From: an uncultured Chloroflexia bacterium
Lineage (GTDB): Bacteria > Chloroflexota > Limnocylindria > Limnocylindrales > CSP1-4
Assembly (NCBI GenBank): GCA_963828165.1
Contig: CAWHDR010000006.1
Coordinates: 1 to 24,105, forward strand
Reading direction: 5' to 3'
Length of the DNA: 24,105 nt
Below the pieces are notes generated by a model. It did no database searches. It saw only the letters and a program-made list of their open reading frames with translations, and was not told the DNA's origin. Shown here in pieces: positions 1-9,406 of the stretch. The position numbers were made by a program, and so were the translations under genes. Within the stretch, counting starts at the first letter, position 1. Each line of letters opens with the position of its first letter.

Positions 1-83
1 GTCGCAAAGCGTCCTGTCTCGCGACGAGCTTGCCGGGCGGCTGGGACGCGGCTGTTCCGGTGCGGGATTGGTAGGCTCGCACG

Positions 84-1007
84 ATGCCCGGCGCTGTACC
101 GCACCGACCTCGACGCCGCCATGACCCGCGAGCGCTCGATGGCGCAGTGGTGCCGGAGGGGCCATCGACGGTCGACCTCCACTCCCATTCGACGCGGTCG
201 GATGGAGTGCTTGCGCCTGCGGCGCTCGTTGAGGCCGTCGCAGCCGCCGGTGTGCGGACGTTCTCGCTCACGGACCACGACACGTTGGCGGGCTATCGGG
301 AGCTGGCCGCCGCGGAGCTACCCGCCGGGCTCCAGCTCATTCCCGGGGTCGAGATCAATGCTCTCGTCACTCGGGATCTGGGGTTGTGGGAAGGGGAGCT
401 GCACATCCTGGGGTTCGGGATGGACCCCGGGAATGAGGCCTTTGAGGCGGCGCTCTCGGCGCAGCGGGACGCGCGGCGCAAGCGATTCGATCGGACCGTG
501 GCGCTCTTGCGGGAGCTCGGGCTGCCCATCGATGCCCAGGTGGCGGCCCTCGATGTCGGTGCCGACGACGCCCTGGGCCGGCCGACCATTGCGAGGGCGC
601 TCATCGCGGCGGGGTTCGCGACGACGGTCGAGGACGCGTTCGGCCGGATCATCGGGCACGGGGCGCCCGGATACGTCCGGCGTGAGGGTCTGGGCCCTGA
701 GGAGGCGATCGCCACGATCGCGGCTGCCGGTGGGATCCCGGTGCTGGCGCATTTCCGTGAGGCGCCGACCCGGCTGGACGTGATGCGCGAACTGGCCGAA
801 GCGGGATTACGCGGCTTGGAGGTGTACTACCGAACCTTCGACGCGGCTACCGTCGAGGCCGTCAGGGCGGTCGCACGCGACCTCGGGCTCATCTCGACCG
901 GCGGCAGTGACTACCACGGCGACCTCGGCACCTACGCCGAGGCGCATACGTCCCTGTGGGTGCCGCCCGAGGTCGGCGAGGAGCTCCTTCAGGCGATCCC
1001 GGGGTAG
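84..1007 (+). CDS. PHP-domain metal-dependent phosphoesterase (TrpH/YciV-like)
   Basis: PHP motifs DLHSHSTRSDG, TDHDT, GVEI, ELHILG, LAH, GGSDYHG. TAGGCT at 72-77 lies 6 nt before ATG 84, supporting this start. Confidence 0.92.
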   Translation: MPGAVPHRPRRRHDPRALDGAVVPEGPSTVDLHSHSTRSDGVLAPAALVEAVAAAGVRTFSLTDHDTLAGYRELAAAELPAGLQLIPGVEINALVTRDLGLWEGELHILGFGMDPGNEAFEAALSAQRDARRKRFDRTVALLRELGLPIDAQVAALDVGADDALGRPTIARALIAAGFATTVEDAFGRIIGHGAPGYVRREGLGPEEAIATIAAAGGIPVLAHFREAPTRLDVMRELAEAGLRGLEVYYRTFDAATVEAVRAVARDLGLISTGGSDYHGDLGTYAEAHTSLWVPPEVGEELLQAIPG

Positions 1008-1008
1008 C

Positions 1009-1784
1009 TCAGCTCGCCGCCGGGTCTGCGTCGTCCTTGACGCGGTAGGTCGGGCGAAGCTCGATCGCCTTGCCCTTGCTCCGGCGCCGCAGGTTCAGCG
1101 CCTCGACGAAGACGCTGAAGGCCATGGCCGCGTAGATGTAGGCCTTGTCGATGTGGAAGCCGAAGCCGTCCGCGATGAGCGTGACGCCGATGAGCAGCAG
1201 GAACGAGAGGGCGAGGATCTTGACCGATGGATGGTCGTGGACGAACCTCGAGAGTGGCCCGGACGCGACCAACATCACGCCGACGGCGACGACGATGGCG
1301 ACGATCATGATCGCCACCTCATCGACCAGGCCGACCGCGGTCAGGACCGAATCGAGCGAGAACACGATATCGAGCAGGACGATCTGCACGAGCACGCTGC
1401 CCAGAGCGGCCGTGCCTGCGCCCGTTGCCGCATGCGCCTCATCGCCCTCGAGCGTCTCGTGGATCTCGGTGGTGGCCTTCCAGAGCAGGAAGACGCCGCC
1501 ACCGATGAGGATGACGTCGCGCCACGAGAAGTCACGATCGAACAGCGTGACGAGCGGCTGCGTCAGGCCGATGATCCACGAGATCGTCAGCAGCAACAGG
1601 ATCCGCATTCCCATGGCCAACCCCAGGCCGATGTATCGGGCCTGATCGCGCTGGTGCGCCGGAAGCCGCTGCACGAGGATCGAGATGAAGATGACGTTGT
1701 CGATGCCGAGGACGATCTCGAGCACCGTCAGCGTCAGCAGGGCGACCCAGGTCTCGGGGATGTGAACAGGGCGATGAGGTCCAT
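1009..1784 (-). CDS. TerC-family integral membrane protein (apparent 1-nt frameshift near codon 10)
   Basis: LEIVLGIDNVIFISIL and DIVFSLDSVLTAVG TerC motifs with multiple TM helices. ATG at 1784 gives MDLIALFTSP in another frame, which joins ETWVALLTL if one G is added to the GGGG run at 1756-1759. The 501-aa ORF start at 2514 is a spurious extension antisense to miaB. Confidence 0.88.
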
Positions 1785-1837
1785 GTCTTGCCGAGCATAG
1801 CGGGGATGCCGGCGCTCGGAGGTACCATGGCGCCGCT

Positions 1838-3559
1838 GTGAGTGACACCCGCCTATCGCCGCGTTCGCTGCCGGTGCTCGAAGTCCTGCCGGCGAGCGCG
1901 CCGACAACGAGGGCGGCTCCGCGGAGCCCCGAGGCGCCAGCCGATGCCCGCCTCGCCGAATACGTCCCGGATCTCGCATCGTTGCCGCGCTTCCACGTCT
2001 GGACGCTTGGCTGCCAGATGAACCGCAGCGACTCGGAGGAGATGGCCGGTCGACTACTCGCGGCGGGCTGCGCGGAGGCGCCGTCGATGGACACGGCCGA
2101 CCTGGTCGTGATCAACACCTGTGCGATCCGCGAAGGGGCGGAGCAGAAGGTGATCGGCCGGCAGGGACACCTGACCAAGCTGAAGGCCGCGAACCCGGGT
2201 CTGCGAGTGGTACTGACAGGCTGTTCCGTCCGTGAACCGGATCGGGGCGGGCTCCGCCGGCGCTTTCCGGCCGTCGACCTGTTCCTGCGACCGGACGAGG
2301 AACCGGAGCTCGTTGACCGCCTCGGGTTGGCCTCGGCCCAGGGCGCGATCGGCTCGTTCGACTCGATGGGGGCGGTCGGGCCGGTCGGGGCCACGACCAC
2401 GGTCGGGCGTACGGTCGTCGGCGTTGCCGACGGGCTCTCGGCGACCCGTGCCCGGGCCATCGGGGAGGGGACCGTTGCCCGCGGCTCCGCGATCAGTGCC
2501 TGGCTCCCGATCATCTACGGCTGCGACAAGACCTGCACCTACTGCATCGTGCCGTTCAGCCGCGGGCCGGAACGCAGCCGCCCGTTCGACGACATCGTCG
2601 ACGAGGCGCGCGCCCTGGCCGCGGCCGGGTATCGCGAGGTCACGCTGCTCGGCCAGAACGTGAACTCGTACGGGCACGATTTGGAACCCGATCCCCGCTT
2701 CGCCCACGTGGACCCCGAGCGTTGGGCCGGCCGGCGCCTGGACCTCCACGGCCGGCCGGACCTCGCCGAGCTCATCCGCACCATCGACGGACTGCGCACC
2801 TCCGACGGGCATCCGGCGATCCCGCGGCTGCGTTTCGTGACGTCCCACCCCTGGGACCTGTCGGACCGGCTGATCGCCGCCCTGGCCGACTGTCCGAGCG
2901 TCTGCGAGCACCTCCATCTGCCCGTCCAGTCCGGCGACGACGAGGTCCTCCGCAGGATGGGCCGTCAGTACACGATCGAGCACTACCGCGAGCGGCTGGC
3001 CCGGATCCGCGAGGCCGTACCCGGGATCACGATCTCGACCGACATCATCGTCGGCTTCTGTGGCGAGACCGAGGAGCAGTTCCATCGAACGCTCGAGCTG
3101 CTGGAGACCGTGCGCTACGACCAGGTGTTCGCCGCGGCGTACTCCCCGCGGCCGGGCACGCCCGCGACGCGCCTCGCCGACGACGTCCCGCCCGATACCA
3201 AGCGACGCCGGCTCAACGAGCTGCTCGCCGTCCAGGAGGCGATCGGCCTGGAACGGAACGAGGCGTGGATCGGCAGGGACGTCGAGGTCCTCGTGGATTC
3301 GGTGGCACCGGCACGCGCCCACGCGCACGGCGACGAGCCCACCGACCTGCCACGGGTCGCCGGCCGTACTCGCGGCAACAAGCTCGTTCACCTGGTGGGC
3401 GGCCCCGACCTGGTCGGTGGGGAGGTCACGGTGCGGGTCGGGTACGCCGGGCCGTACGCCCTTCGTGGACAGCATCGTCCCCATCTCGGATGCGCCGATG
3501 CGTTGACAGCCGGAAGAGGGGACCAGTACCGTGGCCACCTCCGGCGGGGATCGCGCTGA
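1838..3559 (+). CDS. miaB: tRNA-2-methylthio-N6-dimethylallyladenosine synthase MiaB (radical SAM methylthiotransferase)
   Basis: UPF0004 motifs TLGCQMN, NTCAIRE, TGC; radical SAM CDKTCTYC; LLGQNVNSYG; RLRFVTSHP; HLPVQSG; C-terminal TRAM domain. The true stop may be 3506 (LRG-SIVPISDAPMR*) if there is an indel near 3469. Confidence 0.95.
   Translation: MSDTRLSPRSLPVLEVLPASAPTTRAAPRSPEAPADARLAEYVPDLASLPRFHVWTLGCQMNRSDSEEMAGRLLAAGCAEAPSMDTADLVVINTCAIREGAEQKVIGRQGHLTKLKAANPGLRVVLTGCSVREPDRGGLRRRFPAVDLFLRPDEEPELVDRLGLASAQGAIGSFDSMGAVGPVGATTTVGRTVVGVADGLSATRARAIGEGTVARGSAISAWLPIIYGCDKTCTYCIVPFSRGPERSRPFDDIVDEARALAAAGYREVTLLGQNVNSYGHDLEPDPRFAHVDPERWAGRRLDLHGRPDLAELIRTIDGLRTSDGHPAIPRLRFVTSHPWDLSDRLIAALADCPSVCEHLHLPVQSGDDEVLRRMGRQYTIEHYRERLARIREAVPGITISTDIIVGFCGETEEQFHRTLELLETVRYDQVFAAAYSPRPGTPATRLADDVPPDTKRRRLNELLAVQEAIGLERNEAWIGRDVEVLVDSVAPARAHAHGDEPTDLPRVAGRTRGNKLVHLVGGPDLVGGEVTVRVGYAGPYALRGQHRPHLGCADALTAGRGDQYRGHLRRGSR
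3503..3532 (+). promoter_or_regulatory. Housekeeping-sigma promoter of the ABC operon
   Basis: TTGACA (3503-3508), 18-nt spacer, TACCGT (3527-3532), about 100 nt upstream of ATG 3631, which has a GAGGAGG SD at 3612-3618. Confidence 0.65.
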
Positions 3560-3630
3560 CCGAGCCACCGGATGAGGGTGCACTGCACGCCGACGGATCT
3601 GTCGCGTGGTCGAGGAGGAGAAACACCGCC

Positions 3631-5341
3631 ATGGACTACACCCGCTACGATCGGGTCCGCCGGTCGACCACACCGCCACAGCTGGACGTCGTCGAGGCCT
3701 TCGCCCGAGGGCGCCTGTCGCGACGCGAGTTCATCAAGCGAGGCACGGTCGTCGGTCTCAGCATGGCCTCGATCTCGGCGATCCTGATCGCCTGCGACAC
3801 CCCACCGGCCGGTTCGGCGGCGCACAACCCCCGCAGGAAGCCCCGGGGCATCCGCCAGCGCCGGCGCCGCCTCGCCGGGCCAGACAGGCGGCACGATCCG
3901 GGTCGCCGTCCAGCGCCCCGCCGCGACGCTCGACCCGATCGCGATGCAGGACCTCTCGGCGTATGGCCTCCTCGCCCAGTCGTTCGAGTTCCTGGTCGCC
4001 CTCGACCCCGCAACCAGTGACATCGGACCCGGTCTCGCGACCGAGTGGACGCCCAATGACGACAACACCGCCTGGACGTTCAAGCTCCGCACTGGCGTGA
4101 AGTGGCAGAACGGCGGCGACTTCACGGCCGACGACGTCGTCGCGACGATGGACCGCCTCGCTGAGGCTGGTAACGCCGGCCTGGGTGGCGTGATCGAGAA
4201 GGGCTCGACCAAGGCGGTCGACCCCACCACGGTGGAGTTCACGCTGCTCGGTGCGAACGGCAACTTCCCGTACCTCGTGTCGGTATTCAACGCCCAGTCG
4301 CTCATCACACCGGTGGCCTACGCCGCCGGCACGACGCAAGACGGTATGCCCGACGGCACCGGCCCGTGGAAGCTCGACAGCTACGACCAGGCCACCGGGG
4401 CCAAGTACTCCCGGAATGAGACCTGGTGGGGCGGCAGCACGCCGCTCGACACCGTCGAATTCACCTTCTTCGATGAGCCGGGGCCGATGGTCACGGCCTA
4501 CCAGGGCGACCAGATCGACGCCATCAACCAGTTCGACGTCAACTCGGGCGCAGTCCTCTTCGACGACGCCAACTTCAACGCCCTCAGTGCGCAAACGACG
4601 AACCATCGGCAGATCTGGATGCGCTGCGATACCGGCCAGTTCACGGACAAGCGGGTCCGCCAGGCGCTGGCGCTCACCCTCGATCGGGAAGCGATGGTGC
4701 AGCAGCTCTTCAAGGGCCAGGGCCAGGTGGCCAACGACCATGTGATCTTCTCCCTGTACCCGTACTTCGATCCGTCTGTCCCGCAGCGGACGCGCGACGT
4801 CGAAAAGGCCAAGCAGCTGCTGGCCGACGCCGGCGCCACCGGCCTGACGGCGACGCTCCACGCGGCCGTCCTCCAGGAGGTCCCGGACCTCGCGGTGCTC
4901 ATCCAGAGCAACGCCAAGGAGGCGGGGATCGAGCTCACCCCGGCGGTCGAGGAACTCGGCACGTTCTACGGGGCCCAGTGGTGCCCCGCCGAGCCCGCAG
5001 ATCCGCCCTGCTCCGGTGCGGCCGAACTCGGCATCGTCGACTACGGGCACCGCGGTTCGCCCGACGTCTTCCTCAACTCGGCCTTCAGGACGAAGGGCGC
5101 CTGGAACTCGTCGCAGTACTCGTCCCCGGAATTCGACGCCGCGTTCGTCGACTTCCAGACCGCCGTCGGCGTCGACGCGCAGAAGGCCGCCGCCAACCGC
5201 ATCGAGACGATCATGCTCGAGGACACCCCCGCCGGGATCGCGTACACCTACGACTTCCTGTCCGGGTTCTCGAAGAAGTTCCAGGGCGTCTACTCGAGCG
5301 CGCTCGGGCAGATGTTCTTCCAGACCGCGTCAAGGGTCTGA
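3631..5341 (+). CDS. ABC transporter substrate-binding lipoprotein, family 5 (Dpp/Opp-like), Tat signal; apparent frameshift at ~3823
   Basis: SD plus ATG 3631 gives MDYTRYD...SRREFIK (twin-arginine)...ILIAC (lipobox). The frame changes at ~3823 into TTPAGSPGASASAGAASPGQTGGTIRV..., continuous with the 3944..5341 ORF (PGLATEW, WTFKLRTGVKWQNG, GTGPWKL, DKRVRQALA). Confidence 0.9.
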
Positions 5342-5354
5342 CCGAGGGCCATAA

Positions 5355-5381
5355 GCGGGGACGGCTCGCCGCTGTCCCCGC
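5355..5381 (+). terminator. GC-rich intergenic stem-loop after the SBP gene (mRNA stabiliser or partial terminator)
   Basis: GCGGGGACGGC-tcgcc-GCTGTCCCCGC, 11-bp stem with one G-U pair and no U-tract. This is a typical position for differential stabilisation of SBP mRNA. Confidence 0.6.
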
Positions 5382-5418
5382 GCCCCCATCCACGCGCTAG
5401 GGAGGGGCGACGTCGTCG

Positions 5419-6372
5419 ATGGCCCGGTTCTTCGTCCGCCGACTCGCCCTGTCGCTCGTCACGCTGTGGCTCCTCGCCACGATCGTGTTCGTGATCGCCA
5501 ACGTCCTGCCGACCGACATCGGGAGAACGATCCTGGGCCCGTTCGCGTCGCAGCAGACGGTCGACGCCCTCAACGAACGGCTCGGGACCAACGACCCCAT
5601 CCTCGTGCAGTACGCGCGGTCGATGCGCAACCTGGTCACCCTGGACTTCGGTAAATCCTTCCAGTCAGGGGCGCCGGTCATGCCCACGCTCCTCGCGGCG
5701 ATGGGTCGTTCCGCCCAGCTGGCGGCGCTGGCCCTGCTGCTGACGATCCCGATCAGCATCGTCGCCGGTGTGTACGCCGCGCGCCGGCGGGATCGCCTGA
5801 GCGACCGGGCCATCGTCCTGTTCGGCGTGACATCGTCCTCGATCCCCGAATTCGTCACCGCGACGTTCCTGGTGGTCGTCGTGGGCGTCGGCCTCGGCTT
5901 GCTGCCGGTGCTCGCCAACCCACCCCCGGGCGCCGGCCTCATCACCACGGTGAAATACCTGCTGATGCCCGCCACGGCCATGGCGATCGTGTACTTCGGG
6001 TACATCGCGCGCATGGCACGGGCGGGCACGATCGAGGTTCTCCAGTCCGACTATGTGCGGACCGCGACGATGAAGGGGCTTTCGACCAATCAGGTCATCC
6101 GGCGCCACGTCCTGCGCAATTCGCTGGTCCCGACCGTCGCCGTCATCGGCGTCCAGATCGGCTACCTGTTCGGCGGCATCATCGGGGTCGAGAAGATCTT
6201 CAACTACAACGGCATGGGACAGCTGATGCTGTTCGCTGCCCAACGCAAGGACATCCCCATGCTCACGGCTGGGGCCGTAGTGATCGGCATCGTCTACATG
6301 GTGGCGACGCTCATCGCCGATCTCATCATCGCGTGGATGAACCCGCGCGTGCGCCTGGATGAGGGACGCTGA
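5419..6372 (+). CDS. ABC transporter permease (DppB/OppB-like)
   Basis: LDFGKSF, SSIPEFV, EAA-loop region SDYVRTATMKGL, VEKIFNYNGMG; GGAGG SD upstream. Confidence 0.95.
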   Translation: MARFFVRRLALSLVTLWLLATIVFVIANVLPTDIGRTILGPFASQQTVDALNERLGTNDPILVQYARSMRNLVTLDFGKSFQSGAPVMPTLLAAMGRSAQLAALALLLTIPISIVAGVYAARRRDRLSDRAIVLFGVTSSSIPEFVTATFLVVVVGVGLGLLPVLANPPPGAGLITTVKYLLMPATAMAIVYFGYIARMARAGTIEVLQSDYVRTATMKGLSTNQVIRRHVLRNSLVPTVAVIGVQIGYLFGGIIGVEKIFNYNGMGQLMLFAAQRKDIPMLTAGAVVIGIVYMVATLIADLIIAWMNPRVRLDEGR

Positions 6373-7283
6373 TGGCGGTATCGGTGACCAACGCTCCCGG
6401 ACCGGCACCCGCCGCGGCGGCGCCCGCGTCGGAACGCGCCCAGGCACGGCGTGAAACGCTCAAACTCCTGCTCCACCGGCCGGGATTCGTGGTCGGGATC
6501 GTGATCCTCACGTTCTGGGTCATCTGCGCCGTCCTCGCGATGTTCGAGGTGCCGTACACGCCGTGGGATCCATTCGATGGTTACGACCTCTCGATCGACA
6601 ATCCGGCCCCGCCGTCACCTGAACACCTCATGGGCACGGACCGGCTGGGACGCGACGTCTTTTCGCGGGTCCTCTACGGCGCTCGCGACGTCTTCACCGT
6701 CGCCCCGCCCGCAGCACTCATCGGAGTGGTCCTCGGGGCTCTCCTCGGCCTCGTCATGGGCTTCTACCGGGGGATCATCGACGACGTCCTCAGCCGGATC
6801 GTGGAGGCGTTCCTCGCGCTGCCGGTCATCATGGTCGCGCTGCTGACGCTCGTGGTCCTCGGGTCGTCGTCGGTCGTCGTCATCGGCGTCGTCGGGATCC
6901 TGTTCACCCCGATCGTCGCGCGGACGGTCCGGTCCGCGGTGCTCGCCGAGCGCCAGCTGGATTACGTGACCGCGGCCCGGCTGCGTGGTGAGTCCGGCCC
7001 GTTCATCATGGTCCGCGAGATCCTTCCCAATATCGCCGGACCGATCGTCGTCGAGCTGACGGTTCGGTTCGGGTACGCGATCTTCACCGTCGCGACGCTC
7101 TCGTTCCTGGGTGTCGGTCTCCAGCCCCCGTCGCCGGACTGGGGCCTGTCGGTCAGTCAGGAGTACTCGAACATGATCAGTGGCGTCTGGTGGCCGACCG
7201 TGTTCCCCGCGCTGGCCATCGCCACGACCGTCGTGGCGGTCAACTTGATCGCCGACGGCCTGCAATCGGTCCTGTCCGAATGA
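6372..7283 (+). CDS. ABC transporter permease (DppC/OppC-like)
   Basis: PPSPEHLMGTDRLGRDVFSRVLYGAR, DYVTAARLRG, LSFLGVGLQPPSPDWG; TGATG coupling with the upstream gene. Confidence 0.95.
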   Translation: MAVSVTNAPGPAPAAAAPASERAQARRETLKLLLHRPGFVVGIVILTFWVICAVLAMFEVPYTPWDPFDGYDLSIDNPAPPSPEHLMGTDRLGRDVFSRVLYGARDVFTVAPPAALIGVVLGALLGLVMGFYRGIIDDVLSRIVEAFLALPVIMVALLTLVVLGSSSVVVIGVVGILFTPIVARTVRSAVLAERQLDYVTAARLRGESGPFIMVREILPNIAGPIVVELTVRFGYAIFTVATLSFLGVGLQPPSPDWGLSVSQEYSNMISGVWWPTVFPALAIATTVVAVNLIADGLQSVLSE

Positions 7284-9406
7284 CCGCCACGGTACCGGCC
7301 CCCCCGGTCCCCGAACCCGGCACGACGGCCGCCCTGAAGGTCGAGGACCTGTCGCTCGCCTACATGGTCCGCGGCATCTTGCGGCCGGTGTTGCGTGGCG
7401 TCTCGTTCGAGATCGCCCCGGGCGAGGCGTACGGCCTCGTCGGCGAGTCCGGCTGCGGCAAGTCGACGACCGCCTACGCGGCCGTCCGCTATCTCCCGCG
7501 CAACGGCCGGATCACCGGCGGGCGGATCCTCATCGACGGCGCCGACATCACGAAGATGGGCAGCGACGAGGTCCGCCAGTTCCGGGCGAAGCACGCTTCG
7601 ATGGTGTACCAGGATCCGGGCGGGGCGCTGAACCCCAGCACCCGGATCGGGACCCAGGTGATCGAGGCGTTCACGGTCCTTGGCCAGAGTCAGGACGAGG
7701 CCCAGAAGAACGCGCTGGCGGCCCTCGACCGGGTCAATATCGCCGACCCGATCCGCGTCTTCAATCGCTACCCGCATCAGCTCTCGGGCGGGATGCAGCA
7801 GCGGGTCGTGATCGCGATGGCGCTGGCCTCCGAACCCCAGCTGCTCGTGCTCGACGAGCCCACGACCGGTCTGGATGCCACGGTCGAGGCAAGCGTCCTC
7901 GACCTGGTCCGCACGCTGCGCAACGAGACGAATGCCGCGGTCCTGCTCATCGCCCACAACCTCGGCGTGATCCGCTCCCTGTGCGATCGCGTCGGCGTGA
8001 TGTACGCGGGCAAGATCGTAGAAGAGGGCAACGCCGTCGAGGTGTTCGAGCGCCCGCAGTTCCCCTACACGGTGGGTCTCCTGCGGTCTCTGCCGCGCCA
8101 CGGGGTGCGCAAGAGCCAGCGTGCGCTGGCCACGATCCCGGGCACGCTGCCGCAGATCGGGACCGACCTGCCGACCTGCGTCTACGTCGATCGGTGTCCG
8201 CTCGCCGACGAGCTCTGCCGCACGGTCGTCCCGCCGGTCGTCGACGTTGGCGTAGGCCACTGGACGCGCTGCCACCACTACGACCGGATCGGGGACATCC
8301 CGGAGCCCGACTCGGGCGTCGGCCAGGTCGCGACCGAGGGTGCCGAGGTCCTTGCCCTGTCGAACGTGTCAAAGACGTTCCATCAGAGCGGGCACAGCGT
8401 TCCGGCACTCGTCAAGGTCGACCTCACGCTCAATGACGGCGAGACGCTAGGCCTCGTCGGCGAGTCCGGGTCGGGCAAGTCCACGCTGGCGAAGACCATC
8501 CTCGGCATCGAGGGGCCTGACACCGGGAGTTCGATCCAGCTCGACCATGACGAGCTCGACGCGAGCGCCTCCGGCCGGCCGGTCAAGGCCAAGCGCTCGA
8601 TCCAGATCATCTTCCAGAACCCGGATTCGGCGCTCAACCGAGGCTGGAGCGTGCGCCAGATCCTGGGCCGGTCCGTGCGCAAGCTGACTGGGCTCAAGGG
8701 CAAGGCCGCGGACGACCGCGTCGACAAGCTGGCCACCGACCTGCGTCTCACCCAGCGCCACCTGGACCTCAAGCCGGGCCAGCTGTCGGGTGGCCTCAAG
8801 CAGCGCGTGGCGATCGCTCGCGCGTTCGCCGGGGACCCCCGCATCGTGGTCGCCGACGAGCCCACAAGCGCGCTCGACGTGTCCGTCCAGGCCGCGATCC
8901 TGAACGTCCTGTCCGAGCTGCAGGCCGAAAGCAAGACCGGCTACCTGCTGATCTCGCACGACCTGGGCGTGGTGCGCTACCTCGCCGACCGGATCGCGGT
9001 GATGTACCTCGGGCGGATCATGGAGGTCGGCGATTCGGAGACGGTCTTCCGCGGGCCCAACCATCCGTACACCGAGGCGCTTCTGTCGGCCGTGCCCAGC
9101 GTGGACGGAGAGCCCGCGGCGCGCATCCGGCTCGAAGGGGAGATCCCGAGTCCCGCCAACCCACCCAGCGGCTGCGTCTTCCATACGCGCTGCCATCGGT
9201 TCATGCAGGGCATCTGCGACGTGACCGAGCCGCCGCTCATCGAAGTCGAGCCCGGGCACCAGATGAAGTGCCATATCCCGCTCGAGGAACTGCGCGTGCT
9301 CCAGACGAAGGCGAGGGTCGAGGACATCGTCCTGACGACGCCGCCCGAGGCCATCGAGGCCGCTGTCGCGCTCGAGGTGGAAGGCCCGCCGGCAGATCCC
9401 GCCTAG
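7280..9406 (+). CDS. Fused double ABC ATPase (DppD-DppF type)
   Basis: Two Walker A motifs (GESGCGKST, GESGSGKST), two signatures (LSGGMQQR, LSGGLKQR), two DEPT Walker B motifs and two Cys-rich C-terminal extensions. Start placed at the ATGA overlap 7280-7283 rather than 7190. Confidence 0.95.
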   Translation: MTATVPAPPVPEPGTTAALKVEDLSLAYMVRGILRPVLRGVSFEIAPGEAYGLVGESGCGKSTTAYAAVRYLPRNGRITGGRILIDGADITKMGSDEVRQFRAKHASMVYQDPGGALNPSTRIGTQVIEAFTVLGQSQDEAQKNALAALDRVNIADPIRVFNRYPHQLSGGMQQRVVIAMALASEPQLLVLDEPTTGLDATVEASVLDLVRTLRNETNAAVLLIAHNLGVIRSLCDRVGVMYAGKIVEEGNAVEVFERPQFPYTVGLLRSLPRHGVRKSQRALATIPGTLPQIGTDLPTCVYVDRCPLADELCRTVVPPVVDVGVGHWTRCHHYDRIGDIPEPDSGVGQVATEGAEVLALSNVSKTFHQSGHSVPALVKVDLTLNDGETLGLVGESGSGKSTLAKTILGIEGPDTGSSIQLDHDELDASASGRPVKAKRSIQIIFQNPDSALNRGWSVRQILGRSVRKLTGLKGKAADDRVDKLATDLRLTQRHLDLKPGQLSGGLKQRVAIARAFAGDPRIVVADEPTSALDVSVQAAILNVLSELQAESKTGYLLISHDLGVVRYLADRIAVMYLGRIMEVGDSETVFRGPNHPYTEALLSAVPSVDGEPAARIRLEGEIPSPANPPSGCVFHTRCHRFMQGICDVTEPPLIEVEPGHQMKCHIPLEELRVLQTKARVEDIVLTTPPEAIEAAVALEVEGPPADPA

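Noticed and set aside
1-60. GTCGCAAAGC plus a stem resembling the 3' half of a c-di-GMP-I riboswitch
   Set aside because: Truncated by the window edge, the remaining consensus does not match, and the downstream gene appears to have its own leaderless promoter.
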